From Patescibacteria group bacterium UBA926 (GTDB lineage: Bacteria; Patescibacteriota; Doudnabacteria; UBA920): DNA of 64,000 nt. This document shows positions 42,186 to 52,817 of the stretch, in pieces; within the stretch, counting starts at the first letter, position 1, and every line of letters begins with the position of its first letter. The notes under the pieces were generated by a model. That model saw only the letters and a program-made list of their open reading frames with translations, was not told the origin of the DNA and searched no databases. Where the stretch lies: assembly GCA_002293685.1 (NCBI GenBank), contig DBDS01000006.1, positions 108,867 through 172,866 on the forward strand, given 5' to 3'. A program made the position numbers and the translations under genes.

Positions 42186-43274
42186 ATGGGAATCCTAGAC
42201 ACCATTATTGATTCACATCAAAAAGAATCGCTTCAAGAATTTGAACTCAATATTATTATTGAACGAATTTTAAATCCCTTAAAAGATCGAGAAAAGACAA
42301 TTTTATCTAAGAGATACGGGTTGGATGGGAAGGAAGTTGCAACTTTAAAATCTGTTGGTGAAGAACAGGGTCTAACTCGCGAGCGAGTTCGTCAAATTGA
42401 GAAAGAATTGTTAAAAAACCTTAAACGAGGTGTTGTTGAGCTTGAGGAATTTATTTCTGCACGTGATTTATTGATCAACACTATTTCTGAGCACGGCGGA
42501 ATTATGTCCGAAACTTCATTGACGAATTACTTAGGATATACAGACCCATCAGATGTACAAGCTCTTAAGTTTTTACTAAAACTTATCGCAGAATTGGAAG
42601 AACATGGAGCCGATGAACACATTAAACAATCATGGGGAAAGATTGGTTTCGATAAAGATTTCTTGCATCAATTTATCATTGCAACCAAAGACTTATTAAA
42701 CAACCATGGTCAGCCGATTTCTGCTGATCAGTTTCTTGAACAATTTGAAAAATCTGACTTTTTCAAAACTAATGAAACACGATTAACCCCAAAAGTGGTA
42801 CTTAACTATTTGCACACTGCAGAGAGTGTTCGTAAAAACCCCTTCGGTGAATATGGACTTTCTCACTGGAATGAGATTAAACCTAAAGATGTGGGGGATA
42901 AAGCTTATCTGGTTATGAAGCATCACGGAAAACCAGAACATTACTCAACAATCACAGATCTGATTAATCAAAACAACATTGATAGTCGTAAAGCATACAA
43001 AGAAACAGTTCATAACAAGTTGATTAAAGATAAGCGTTTTGTTTTGGTGGGTAGAGGTATCTACGCTTTAACAGAATGGGGTTATCAACCAGGAGTTGTA
43101 TCAGATATCATTTCCGAAGTAATCAAAGACGAAGGCAAACCTCTGTCCCGTGATGAAATTGTAAAGCGAGTATTAGAACGTCGTATGGTCAAAAAAAACA
43201 CGGTGCTGGTCGGACTTTCAAATAAAAAGTTGTTCAAAAAAGTCGGTAAAAATCTTTACGATCTAGTAAAGTAA
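42186..43274 (+). CDS. Sigma70 region-4 HTH plus HARE-HTH (RNA polymerase delta-like) protein
   Basis: RYGL...TLKSVG...LTRERVRQIE; TVHNKLIKDKRFVLVGRGIYAL. Confidence 0.75.
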   Translation: MGILDTIIDSHQKESLQEFELNIIIERILNPLKDREKTILSKRYGLDGKEVATLKSVGEEQGLTRERVRQIEKELLKNLKRGVVELEEFISARDLLINTISEHGGIMSETSLTNYLGYTDPSDVQALKFLLKLIAELEEHGADEHIKQSWGKIGFDKDFLHQFIIATKDLLNNHGQPISADQFLEQFEKSDFFKTNETRLTPKVVLNYLHTAESVRKNPFGEYGLSHWNEIKPKDVGDKAYLVMKHHGKPEHYSTITDLINQNNIDSRKAYKETVHNKLIKDKRFVLVGRGIYALTEWGYQPGVVSDIISEVIKDEGKPLSRDEIVKRVLERRMVKKNTVLVGLSNKKLFKKVGKNLYDLVK

Positions 43275-43305
43275 ACAGTATTTAAACAAACACTACTAAG
43301 AATAT

Positions 43306-44532
43306 ATGACAAACGGTCTACTGCCGGACTTTACAAATATTTTGGGAATCGCATGGTTTTTGTTCAGCCGCGGCGGGTGGATCGTTTTTGTTTTGCTTTT
43401 AATTTTAATTCTTTACAAATTATACATAGAGGAGATTCAAGGACAGTATTTAGAAAGTATCCATTACACAGTACTTGAAGTTAAACCACCAAAAGAAAAC
43501 CCAACCAGTTTTTATAATGCTGAACAGGTTTTTATTCAGCTTCACCAATTATTCGACAATTTTACTTTCCAAGAGAAGTACCTGGAAGGAAAACTGGTCT
43601 TTAGAGTCTCATTCGAAATCATTAGTTTAGGTGGTCATATTTCTTACATTGTACGCGTTCCTACTAAACAACGAGATTTGGTTGAAGCTGCATTTTATGC
43701 CAACTTTCCAACTTTAGAAATTACCGAAGTAAAAGATTATCTTGAAAACTTCGAATATGACCCCGAAAATCCAAAGTATGATCTGTTTGGTGCTGAATTT
43801 CTATTAATAAAGGACCAAAGCTACCCAATTAGAACATACAGGGAGTTTGAAGGGTTGTCTGCACCAGAACTTAGTAATGTAGTAGTTGATCCTCTTTCCC
43901 CATTATTTGAAACTTTCACAAAAATTAGTGATGAGGAGTTTTATGGTATACAATTTATCTTGGAGCCAGTCATGGATGATTCTTGGCATGATGATGCAGA
44001 GAAGGAAATTGAAAAACTTCTTGGTCAAAAAGAAGTTGTAGGACCTGATGGTAAAAAAAATAAAGTCAAGAACGATATGATGGGTGTCGATGAAGTGATA
44101 AAAGATCAAGTAACAGCGATAAAGAAAAAATTAGGTCGCCCGGGTTTCAGTACTAAAATAAGAATTCTCCATATGGGTACTGCCGAAAAATTTAACTCAG
44201 ATCATAAAAAGCTGGTTTTAAGTCCTTTCCGAATTTTTAGCTCAGCAAATTTTAATGGTTTCCGTCCTGCTTTTGGTCCCAAAAAAGACTACCGTATTTC
44301 AAAAAACTTAGAAGCAGCTTATATTGATTGGTGGGTAAAGCGCCGTAAGAAAGTTCTTTTCGATGGATACAAATCAAGAAGTAACTGGAAAGGTGAAAAA
44401 AATTACATTTTAAACACTGAAGAATTAGCGACATTATTTCACTTTCCTGTGTCAGTTACACCAATTTCACAACCCGTTGAAAGTTTGGACGCTAAAAAGA
44501 TTGCCCCTCCTGCAAACTTACCAATTGGTTAA
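43306..44532 (+). CDS. Membrane-anchored protein, partner of the VirD4-like ATPase
   Basis: N-terminal TM, SFEI, YPIRTY, ILNTEELATLFHFP; typical CPR pairing. Confidence 0.65.
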   Translation: MTNGLLPDFTNILGIAWFLFSRGGWIVFVLLLILILYKLYIEEIQGQYLESIHYTVLEVKPPKENPTSFYNAEQVFIQLHQLFDNFTFQEKYLEGKLVFRVSFEIISLGGHISYIVRVPTKQRDLVEAAFYANFPTLEITEVKDYLENFEYDPENPKYDLFGAEFLLIKDQSYPIRTYREFEGLSAPELSNVVVDPLSPLFETFTKISDEEFYGIQFILEPVMDDSWHDDAEKEIEKLLGQKEVVGPDGKKNKVKNDMMGVDEVIKDQVTAIKKKLGRPGFSTKIRILHMGTAEKFNSDHKKLVLSPFRIFSSANFNGFRPAFGPKKDYRISKNLEAAYIDWWVKRRKKVLFDGYKSRSNWKGEKNYILNTEELATLFHFPVSVTPISQPVESLDAKKIAPPANLPIG

Positions 44533-44542
44533 ATAATATTTC

Positions 44543-46309
44543 ATGAATACATCTAATCAAATTAATTTCTTCGCTAAAACCAATTTCCGCAACCAGCAAG
44601 TTCCTTTTGGTATAAAACCAGATGACCGACGCCGTCACATGTATGTGATAGGTAAAACTGGTATGGGAAAAACAACCATGATGGAAAACATGGTTATTCA
44701 GGATATTCGCAACGGAAATGGAGTCTGTTTTATTGATCCGCACGGAGATTCAATTCAAAAAATATTGGATTATGTTCCCCAAAGTCGGATTAATGATGTT
44801 GTGTATTTCAATCCAGCCGATTTAGATCACCCAATTGCATTTAATATTTTGGAATCAGTTGAATCACGATACAAGCATTTAGTTGCTTCTGGCTTAATGG
44901 GTGTATTCACCAAAATTTGGGCTAGTATGTGGTCAAGTCGTATGGAGTACATTTTAAATAACACTATTTTGGCGCTTTTGGATAGCCCTGGCAATACAAT
45001 GCTTGGAATCGTGCGTATGTATGTGGATAAAAAATATCGTAAGAAAATCGTGGATAATATTAAAGATCCAATGGTAAAAGCTTTTTGGATTGAAGAATTT
45101 GCCAATTACGCAGAAAAATATCGAACGGAAGCTGTAGCTCCTATCCAAAACAAAGTTGGTCAGTTCTTATCCTCTTCTATTATCCGAAATATTGTTGGTC
45201 AACCAAAGTCTACAATAGATTTACGCGACATTATGGATAACAACAAAATTCTATTATTGGATTTATCAAAAGGTAAAGTTGGTGAAGATAACTCCTCTTT
45301 GCTTGGTGCGATGATAATTACTAAACTCCAACTCGCCGCATTATCCCGTGTGGATATTCCAGAACAAGAACGTAAAGACTTTTATTTATACGTCGATGAG
45401 TTCCAAAATTTTGTTACCGACAGTTTTGCAACAATTCTATCCGAAGCCCGTAAATATCGATTAAATTTGACTATGGGCCATCAATATATTGGCCAACTCA
45501 CGCCAGAAAATAACACCAAAGTTCGCGACGCCGTTTTTGGTAACGTGGGAACTATGGTTGTATTCAGAGTTGGTGCGGCTGATGCCGAGTTCTTAGAGAC
45601 CGAATTTGAACCAGCATTCACCCCAAACGACATTGTTAATCTTCCAAAATATCACGTTGTGTTGAGACTTATGATTAACGGTGTGGCTAGCGATCCGTTT
45701 ACTGCAGTGACAATTCCTGTTAATGAGGAGTGGTTTGTAGGTGACGGGGAGAAGGTCATTAAAGTATCTCGGGAACGTTACGCTAAACCACGTGATCAGG
45801 TTGAAGATAAAATTCAACGTTGGATGGGTGTAGATTTTCATGAAGCTTCGGCTGAGGCGCATAGCAATGAAACAGGTGAAAGTTCGGTAGCCCGTGCTAA
45901 ATTTGATCAATCAGTACCTCATAAAGAATCTCTGTCTATCCCTGCCAAGCAAACATCGACACCACAAATCGCAAAACCCAAAATTCAAATTGCCTCCGAT
46001 TATTTAGATCGTATCAGCAAACCTCAAGGAGATAACCGAACGAAGCAAAACAACAAGCCAACGGCGCAAGAGTCTCATAATAAACTAAATAAACAGCAGA
46101 AACCAAATCAAAAACCTAAGCCGATTAATGATATTTGGACTAAAGCCCAAGATTTGCAACAATCTAAAACCCAGGCTTTGGCTGAAAATTTTTCTAGTGC
46201 AATCGAAACAGCTTTTTTGCCAGAAAAGCCACTAAATAAACCTAAACAACAACTTAAGCCGGACGATGATAGTGTGATACTAAAACCAGGGGAGATTTAT
46301 GAATTATAA
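44543..46309 (+). CDS. VirD4/TraD/HerA-like coupling ATPase
   Basis: RRRHMYVIGKTGMGKT, IDPHGD, LYVDEFQNF, EARKY. Confidence 0.85.
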   Translation: MNTSNQINFFAKTNFRNQQVPFGIKPDDRRRHMYVIGKTGMGKTTMMENMVIQDIRNGNGVCFIDPHGDSIQKILDYVPQSRINDVVYFNPADLDHPIAFNILESVESRYKHLVASGLMGVFTKIWASMWSSRMEYILNNTILALLDSPGNTMLGIVRMYVDKKYRKKIVDNIKDPMVKAFWIEEFANYAEKYRTEAVAPIQNKVGQFLSSSIIRNIVGQPKSTIDLRDIMDNNKILLLDLSKGKVGEDNSSLLGAMIITKLQLAALSRVDIPEQERKDFYLYVDEFQNFVTDSFATILSEARKYRLNLTMGHQYIGQLTPENNTKVRDAVFGNVGTMVVFRVGAADAEFLETEFEPAFTPNDIVNLPKYHVVLRLMINGVASDPFTAVTIPVNEEWFVGDGEKVIKVSRERYAKPRDQVEDKIQRWMGVDFHEASAEAHSNETGESSVARAKFDQSVPHKESLSIPAKQTSTPQIAKPKIQIASDYLDRISKPQGDNRTKQNNKPTAQESHNKLNKQQKPNQKPKPINDIWTKAQDLQQSKTQALAENFSSAIETAFLPEKPLNKPKQQLKPDDDSVILKPGEIYEL

Positions 46310-46331
46310 AACCGCCAGAAAGGCGGTTTTA
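46307..46331. terminator. Bidirectional terminator between convergent genes
   Basis: TAAAACCGCC-AGAAA-GGCGGTTTTA. Confidence 0.75.
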
Positions 46332-46333
46332 GT

Positions 46334-46654
46334 TTAGATATGCTTTGTAATTTCAGCTTCAATTGTTGGTTTTGGTGCCGCACCAACGATTTCACCAACG
46401 ATTTCACCTGCTTTGAAAAACTTCATGGTTGGAATGCTCATAACTCCGTATTGCTGTGCTAATTCTGGTTCGTCATCCACGTTAACTTTCGCAACCTTCA
46501 ATTTTCCTTGATATTCGGTGGATAATTCGGCAACGATTGGGCCAAGTACTTTACATGGACCACACCATTCTGCCCAGAAATCAACCAGAACTGGAATTTC
46601 AGAACGAAGGACCTCAGTCTCAAAGTTATCTTTAGATAGTTTTACTTCACTCAT
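46334..46654 (-). CDS. trxA: Thioredoxin
   Basis: DFWAEWCGPCK, SIPT. Confidence 0.95.
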   Translation of the reverse strand: MSEVKLSKDNFETEVLRSEIPVLVDFWAEWCGPCKVLGPIVAELSTEYQGKLKVAKVNVDDEPELAQQYGVMSIPTMKFFKAGEIVGEIVGAAPKPTIEAEITKHI

Positions 46655-46747
46655 AATTGAATTTAATTATTACCTTATAATCTTAACTAAATGAGTATTT
46701 AGTGTCAATCGGTTGCCAGAAGTTCCCCTAACCATTATAGTTAGGTT

Positions 46748-47656
46748 ATGAATAAGTTCTTGAAACGCATCATAATGCTCTCCTTGTTTGGGACGGTTTT
46801 TTATTTTGGTTCCGTTGGGGTAATTCGTCCTGCACTTGCACCTACTGCAGATATTAAAATCCTTGGAGCATCGATTTCTGAACAAGAATTAATTGATAAT
46901 TTTATTAGTTTTGATTTATCACTAGAAAAAGATTTAGGAATACTTGCAGCTAGCTACATGGTGTCTGACTTAGAATCAGGTCAGGTAATTTCTGGAAAGC
47001 AACTTGATTCATCTTTGCCGGTTGCAAGTTTAACCAAACTTATGACGGTTTGGACAGTGCTTAAACACACCGAATCTGATGAAATTGTTACAATTCCCAA
47101 TACTAGATTTGAGACTACAAGTCCAAGCCTTGGCTTATCTATAGGAGATAAAGTCAAAGTAAAAGATCTTATCACTTCTGCAATAGTTGGTTCTAGTAAC
47201 GATGCTGCTAGTGTTTTAGCTTTCCATGTATCTGAAAAAGTTGATTTACCTTTTGGAGAATTGATGAACCAGGAAGCTAATAATTTAGGAATGAAGAACT
47301 CACGATTTAGTAATCCAATGGGTTTTGATAGCACAGCGAATTATTCAAGTGCTAAGGATTTACAAATACTTGTAAAGAAGCTTGATGAAGCAAATGTTTT
47401 TGATTTCACGAGTCGCGCACAAAGCTATTCATTCCAAAGTGAGTCAGGAAAAAGTTATCAAACCTCTGCCACCAATAAATTAATCAACCAATACCAAAAT
47501 CTGTACGCTATAAAAACCGGTTTCACCAATATCGCACTAGGAAGCATGATCAACGTTGTAGAAACAAGTGGTAGAAAGTACTTATTAATTGTTATTGGAA
47601 GTCCAGATCGAGAAGCTGATACCTTGAAGTTACGTCAGGATATCATGTCCCGTTAA
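46748..47656 (+). CDS. D-alanyl-D-alanine carboxypeptidase (S11)
   Basis: SLTK (SxxK), SSN (SxN), KTG. Confidence 0.85.
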   Translation: MNKFLKRIIMLSLFGTVFYFGSVGVIRPALAPTADIKILGASISEQELIDNFISFDLSLEKDLGILAASYMVSDLESGQVISGKQLDSSLPVASLTKLMTVWTVLKHTESDEIVTIPNTRFETTSPSLGLSIGDKVKVKDLITSAIVGSSNDAASVLAFHVSEKVDLPFGELMNQEANNLGMKNSRFSNPMGFDSTANYSSAKDLQILVKKLDEANVFDFTSRAQSYSFQSESGKSYQTSATNKLINQYQNLYAIKTGFTNIALGSMINVVETSGRKYLLIVIGSPDREADTLKLRQDIMSR

Positions 47657-47717
47657 ACAAGGTTAATCAATAAAGCAACCACCCAGTGGTTGCTTTAAAT
47701 ATGGTATAATAAATACA

Positions 47718-48758
47718 ATGATAACCGAATTATTGATCAAAATTTTTAGCTTAACTATCATAGGTTTTTTGTTTGCGATTGCCATAACACCGCTTTGGAC
47801 AAAGTTGCTGTTTAAATACCGTTTAGGCAAACAGATCCGTAATGATGGTTCCACTCCCTTATATTCAGAGCTGCATGGTAGCAAAGCTGGTACTCCAACT
47901 ATGGGTGGAGTAATAGTTTGGGGAACTGTTGTAATTTTAGCTTTCACTTTTTGGTTTTTAGATAGAGTTATTGGTATTGAGCAATTCCATGTTTTAAACT
48001 TTTTAACAAGAAAAGAAACTTTATTACCACTCGGTGCATTACTTGGAGCTGCCGTTGTTGGGTTAATGGACGACTACTTAGATATTCGCAGACTAGGTCA
48101 TAAAGGTCGAGGCTTTAGATTTAGATTTAAAATAATCCTTTACACTGCTGTCGCAATGATTGGAGCTTGGTGGTTTTACTTCAAGCTTGGCTTCGACTTT
48201 GTGAACATCCCTTTTTACGGTGATATTATTATTGGTTGGTGGTTCATCCCATTTTTCTTACTAGTCACTATTGGAACTAGCTTTGCAGTCAATCAGACAG
48301 ATGGATTGGATGGGTTAGCTGGTGGCGTGTTATTGGTTGCTTTTGTCTGTTTTGCTGTAATTTCCTTTATGCAAGGACGTGATGATTTAACTGCACTGCT
48401 TGGCGTCGTGTCAGGTGCTTTACTAGCATTTCTCTGGTTTAATGTCTATCCGGCCAGATTTTTTATGGGGGACACTGGTTCAATGGGTCTAGGAGTATTA
48501 CTGGCGATAGTAGCCTTTTTAACTAATAGTGTATTACTTCTGCCATTGATTGGATTAATTTTTGTAATCGAAGCAGGAAGTTTCTTTATTCAAATGTTTT
48601 GGCGGGTGGTGTTCAAGAAAAAGTTTTTTTTATCAGCACCAATACATCATCATCTTGAAGCATTGGGTTGGCCAGAAGCAAAAGTTACAATGCGGTTTTG
48701 GATTCTTTCATCTATAGCCGGAATTATGTCGATTATTATTTTTTTTCTTGCAAGATAA
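47718..48758 (+). CDS. mraY: Phospho-N-acetylmuramoyl-pentapeptide transferase
   Basis: KAGTPTMGG, DD, NQTDGLDGL, FMGDTGS, APIHHH. Confidence 0.95.
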   Translation: MITELLIKIFSLTIIGFLFAIAITPLWTKLLFKYRLGKQIRNDGSTPLYSELHGSKAGTPTMGGVIVWGTVVILAFTFWFLDRVIGIEQFHVLNFLTRKETLLPLGALLGAAVVGLMDDYLDIRRLGHKGRGFRFRFKIILYTAVAMIGAWWFYFKLGFDFVNIPFYGDIIIGWWFIPFFLLVTIGTSFAVNQTDGLDGLAGGVLLVAFVCFAVISFMQGRDDLTALLGVVSGALLAFLWFNVYPARFFMGDTGSMGLGVLLAIVAFLTNSVLLLPLIGLIFVIEAGSFFIQMFWRVVFKKKFFLSAPIHHHLEALGWPEAKVTMRFWILSSIAGIMSIIIFFLAR

Positions 48759-50320
48759 TGTACCAACTCCTAATTAAAAATGCGAATATTATAGATGGTA
48801 GTGGGAAAAAGCCATTTATAGGTGATGTGGCAATCGAAAGTGGGAAAATTGTTTCAGTTCAAGCAACTATAAGTACATCAGCTAAAACTACAGTTGATGC
48901 TAAAAAAATGGTTTTAGCACCCGGTTTCATAGATAGCCAAAACCATTCAGATAGCTATTGGCAATTATTTTCCAACCCAGGATTGCATAGCTTAATCGCT
49001 CAGGGCTATACAACTTTACTTGTCGGGAGTTCAGGAACCAGTCTTGCACCTTTAATTTCAAACGAAAGCTTGCGTAGTGTTCAAAAGTGGCAATCAACCA
49101 GTGGATTAAATGTTAACTGGCGGAGCTTCAAGGAATACACCGATCAATTATCCATAATGAAGTTTGGCAGTAATATCGTAAGCTTAGTTGGGTACTCAAC
49201 TATCAGACGCGGATTATTAGGCGATAGCATTCATCCACCAACTCAGGCTGAGCTGGAAACGTTGCTCAGTGTTTTAGATACAAGTTTTCAGGAAGGTGCT
49301 GTTGGAGTTTCTGTTGGACTTCAATATTCTCACGAATTGAATATCACAGACGTTGAGTTAGTTGCTATCGCTGAGCTTTGCGCCAAACGCGGCAAACTTT
49401 TAGCTGCTAGTTTGAGGAATGAAGATGTAAATGTGATTAACAGTGCGCGTGAGTTAACAGCGCTCGCTGAACAAACGGGTGTTAATCTAAAAGTCTCTCA
49501 TTTAAAAATTCGCCATAAATCAAATTGGCCGCTACTTACAGAGTTATTAGACAGTTTCGAGTCAGCCTATCACCGCGGTGCAAAAGTCCACTTCGATTGC
49601 TATCCCTATACATATACTTGGCAGCCATTGTACACGTTTCTTCCTAATTGGAGTCTTGAGGGTGGACGTACTCATTTATTAGAAAGGTTAAATAATGAAG
49701 AAACCCGTAAACGAATTTTGTCTTCATTAACAAATCATCCAGCAAATCTTGCTGCGCTAATAATTGCTTCTACCGCAAATGGTTTAAAAGTTAACGGAAA
49801 AACCATTTCTCAAATTGCTCAGAGTATGTCCATGACTAGTGAAGAAGCAATTTTGAATTTAATCAAGAATGGTGGAGCAACTACCTTGGTATTTGATGAA
49901 AGTTTAGATATGGGAACGGTTATGATTTTGTGCAACCATTCACTTTCATTTATAGGTACAAATGGTGGTGGTTTTGATTTGCCTCATGGTGACAAATTAG
50001 TTCACCCTCGGAGTTTTGGTACTGCACCAAAATTCCTAAGACAAGTTATCGACAGTAAATCGATTAGCTTAGAGGAGGGGATTGCAAAACTCACAAGTCG
50101 GGTTGCAAAAACAATTGGTTTAAAAAGTAAAGGACTGATTGCAAGTGAATATGATGCAGACTTAGTACTTTTTGATCCTACCAAAATTGATTCAAAAGCT
50201 TCAGTAGCAAATCCATATCAATTTCCGATAGGAATAGAAGGTGTTTGGATCAACGGCGAAAAGGTTGTTCAAAAAGGAGTCCCGACAGGAACATTAGAAG
50301 GGAAATATCTAAAATCATGA
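48758..50320 (+). CDS. N-acyl-D-amino-acid deacylase-like amidohydrolase with degenerate active site
   Basis: IIDGSG, LAPGFID, HPRSFGT, DADLVLFDP; start ATG 48758. Confidence 0.8.
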   Translation: MYQLLIKNANIIDGSGKKPFIGDVAIESGKIVSVQATISTSAKTTVDAKKMVLAPGFIDSQNHSDSYWQLFSNPGLHSLIAQGYTTLLVGSSGTSLAPLISNESLRSVQKWQSTSGLNVNWRSFKEYTDQLSIMKFGSNIVSLVGYSTIRRGLLGDSIHPPTQAELETLLSVLDTSFQEGAVGVSVGLQYSHELNITDVELVAIAELCAKRGKLLAASLRNEDVNVINSARELTALAEQTGVNLKVSHLKIRHKSNWPLLTELLDSFESAYHRGAKVHFDCYPYTYTWQPLYTFLPNWSLEGGRTHLLERLNNEETRKRILSSLTNHPANLAALIIASTANGLKVNGKTISQIAQSMSMTSEEAILNLIKNGGATTLVFDESLDMGTVMILCNHSLSFIGTNGGGFDLPHGDKLVHPRSFGTAPKFLRQVIDSKSISLEEGIAKLTSRVAKTIGLKSKGLIASEYDADLVLFDPTKIDSKASVANPYQFPIGIEGVWINGEKVVQKGVPTGTLEGKYLKS

Positions 50321-51714
50321 CAATTAATGAATTAAAATCAAAAAAAGTTGGGGTCTTAGGATTTGGCCATGAAGGTCAAGCGTTGGTTCGATATCTATCA
50401 AAGCACCAAATTCCTATAAACGTTTTTGATAAGAAAACCCAATCTGAAATGAACGCGAATCAATTGTCCATAATAGCGGAGCACAAATTCCAAACCTTCC
50501 TCGGTGAAAACTATTTAGACAACCTCGGCGAAATGGAGGTGGTGTTTAAAAGTCCTGGGATAAATTTATCCGATCAAATTAAACAAACTTTAAAAGAAAA
50601 GGAAATTTTCTTAACCAGCCAAACGGCTTGGTTTTTTAAGCACTGCCCTTCAAAAATTATTGGAATAACTGGAACCAAAGGCAAAGGAACAACTTCAAGT
50701 TTATTATTCGAGATATTAAAGGCAAGTCAATTTCCACATAAAGTTTATATAACTGGCAATATAGGGAAGGACTCACCATTAGACTTTCTAGACCAAACTA
50801 CTCCTGAAGATTTGATTGTTTTCGAGCTGTCTAGTTTCCAATTAGAAGGATTACAACAAAGTCCTAATATTGGAATTTGCCTTATGGTCACAGAAGATCA
50901 TTTAGACTACCATCCAGATTTAGAAAGTTACCATAAAGCTAAAGAAGCTATTACTAAGTTCCAAACTGAAAATGATATAGCAATTTATAACATCGATTAC
51001 CTAGCAAGCAAGCATATAGGGGAATTGGGGGACGGGAAAAAATATGAGATTTCAAAATCAGATGCGATTTCTCTTGGAGCTAGAATTGATCTACAAACAG
51101 AGCAAATCGTAATCACAACTGAATCTAGCCAAATAAGCATTGAAACTAAGCCTAGAATTATTCGCGGGAAACATAATTTAGAAAATATTGCTGCGGCAAG
51201 TTTGGCTGCAACTTTACTTGGTGTTGATAGTAAAATTCTTACACATACAATTCAAAGTTTTTCTGGGCTTCCTCATAGGCTAGAACTAGTGGGAGAGTTT
51301 CATAATGTAAAGTTCTATGACGACTCAATTGCGACCAATCCAGACACTGCCTTGGCCGGACTTACTTCATTCACAGAACCTGTCATCTTACTACTTGGCG
51401 GTGCAAATAAAGGATTAGATTATACAAATTTTTTAACTCAAGTGTCCCAAAGTCAAAATCTTAAAGCTATCATTTGTTTCGGACAGGTTGGTGAATTATT
51501 ATTCAGTGCTTTGACTAAGTTAGGTTTTCAAAAAACTTTGAACGGTCCGTTTATGAGTTTTGATGAAGCTGTAAAATCAGCTATTTCAATTTCAGATACA
51601 GGCGATATAATTTTACTCAGCCCCGCTGCAACTTCTTTTGATATGTTTAATAGTTACGCTGAGCGTGGAGATGCATTTAAAGAACTGATTAGAAGTCATT
51701 ATGCCCAAAACTAA
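50317..51714 (+). CDS. murD: UDP-N-acetylmuramoyl-L-alanine--D-glutamate ligase
   Basis: SPGI, GITGTKGKGTT, ELSSFQL, DHLDYH, DDSIATN, LSPAATSFD; start ATG 50317. Confidence 0.95.
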   Translation: MTINELKSKKVGVLGFGHEGQALVRYLSKHQIPINVFDKKTQSEMNANQLSIIAEHKFQTFLGENYLDNLGEMEVVFKSPGINLSDQIKQTLKEKEIFLTSQTAWFFKHCPSKIIGITGTKGKGTTSSLLFEILKASQFPHKVYITGNIGKDSPLDFLDQTTPEDLIVFELSSFQLEGLQQSPNIGICLMVTEDHLDYHPDLESYHKAKEAITKFQTENDIAIYNIDYLASKHIGELGDGKKYEISKSDAISLGARIDLQTEQIVITTESSQISIETKPRIIRGKHNLENIAAASLAATLLGVDSKILTHTIQSFSGLPHRLELVGEFHNVKFYDDSIATNPDTALAGLTSFTEPVILLLGGANKGLDYTNFLTQVSQSQNLKAIICFGQVGELLFSALTKLGFQKTLNGPFMSFDEAVKSAISISDTGDIILLSPAATSFDMFNSYAERGDAFKELIRSHYAQN

Positions 51715-52816
51715 ACACAATTTCGATTATGTTTTACTTATACTTACAGCAATTTTACTTGTGACTGGCTTAGCTGTGCTTTGGTCTGCTTCTACAGCTG
51801 TAGCTAAACAAACTTTTGGAGACACCAACTATTTTATCATTCACCAATTAACCCGTGGGGTCTTAATTGGTTTGATTGCGATGTGGTTTTTCTCAAAATT
51901 TGACTACCATAAACTAAAGATCTTTGCACCTGCATTAATAATCCTTGCATTTGTTTTACTATTAGCGTTATTTATTCCTGGAGTCGGATTCACAGCTAAT
52001 GGTTCTACTAGTTGGCTGGATTTTGGAATCGCTCTTTTTCAACCTAGCGAGTTTGCCAAACTAGCACTAATCGTATATTTAGCAGCTTGGACTGGAAATC
52101 ATGCTAGGTATAGTAATTCAAGATTTTGGAGTTCATTTTTTCCTCCACTGGTAATAACAGGATTGCTAACTGGTTTAGTGGTAGCACAACCCGACTTAGG
52201 AACAGCTTTAGCAATTGTTTTTATTGCAGGAATTATGTTCTTTGTTGGAGGTGCGAGATTGAAATATCTGCTTTGGACTGGTGTGGGAGGCCTTCTTTTG
52301 ACCATAGGCTTTATTATTTTTGAGCCATACCGAATGAGAAGAATTACAGCGTTCTTAGATCCAAGTTCCGATGCGCTGGGTATAAGTTATCAAATAAACC
52401 AAGCATTGATAGCAATAGGAAGTGGTGGCTTATTTGGTTACGGTTATGGGTTATCAAGGCAGAAACATTTCTACCTACCTGAAGCCATTAATGATTCTAT
52501 TTTTGCGGTTATGGCTGAAGAACTAGGATTTATTAGGGTTGCATTAATCTTAATAGTCTTTTCATGGTTCATATTTAGAGGTCTCCAAATAAGTCTAAAT
52601 GCAGCAGATTCTTTTGGTAAAATGTTAGCAATTGGTATTTCCGGATATTTTGCAGTTGGATTGCTTATTAATGTTGGTGCAATTTTAGGACTAATCCCCT
52701 TAACAGGAATAGCTCTCCCACTTTTTAGTTATGGTAGTAGCTCGATGATAGTAAGTTTAATTGGTATTGGAATTCTGTTAAATATTTCTAAACAACACCG
52801 TCCCCAAAACGATTGA
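51701..52816 (+). CDS. ftsW: SEDS peptidoglycan glycosyltransferase FtsW
   Basis: FQPSEFAKL, QPDLGT, AIGSGG, LPEAINDSIF, SYGSSS. Confidence 0.9.
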   Translation: MPKTKHNFDYVLLILTAILLVTGLAVLWSASTAVAKQTFGDTNYFIIHQLTRGVLIGLIAMWFFSKFDYHKLKIFAPALIILAFVLLLALFIPGVGFTANGSTSWLDFGIALFQPSEFAKLALIVYLAAWTGNHARYSNSRFWSSFFPPLVITGLLTGLVVAQPDLGTALAIVFIAGIMFFVGGARLKYLLWTGVGGLLLTIGFIIFEPYRMRRITAFLDPSSDALGISYQINQALIAIGSGGLFGYGYGLSRQKHFYLPEAINDSIFAVMAEELGFIRVALILIVFSWFIFRGLQISLNAADSFGKMLAIGISGYFAVGLLINVGAILGLIPLTGIALPLFSYGSSSMIVSLIGIGILLNISKQHRPQND

Positions 52817-52817
52817 T

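Noticed and set aside
43306-46309. VirD4-like ATPase as evidence of a conjugative element
   Set aside because: No relaxase, VirB4 or mating-pair genes nearby; host-like composition; such genes are common in CPR chromosomes.
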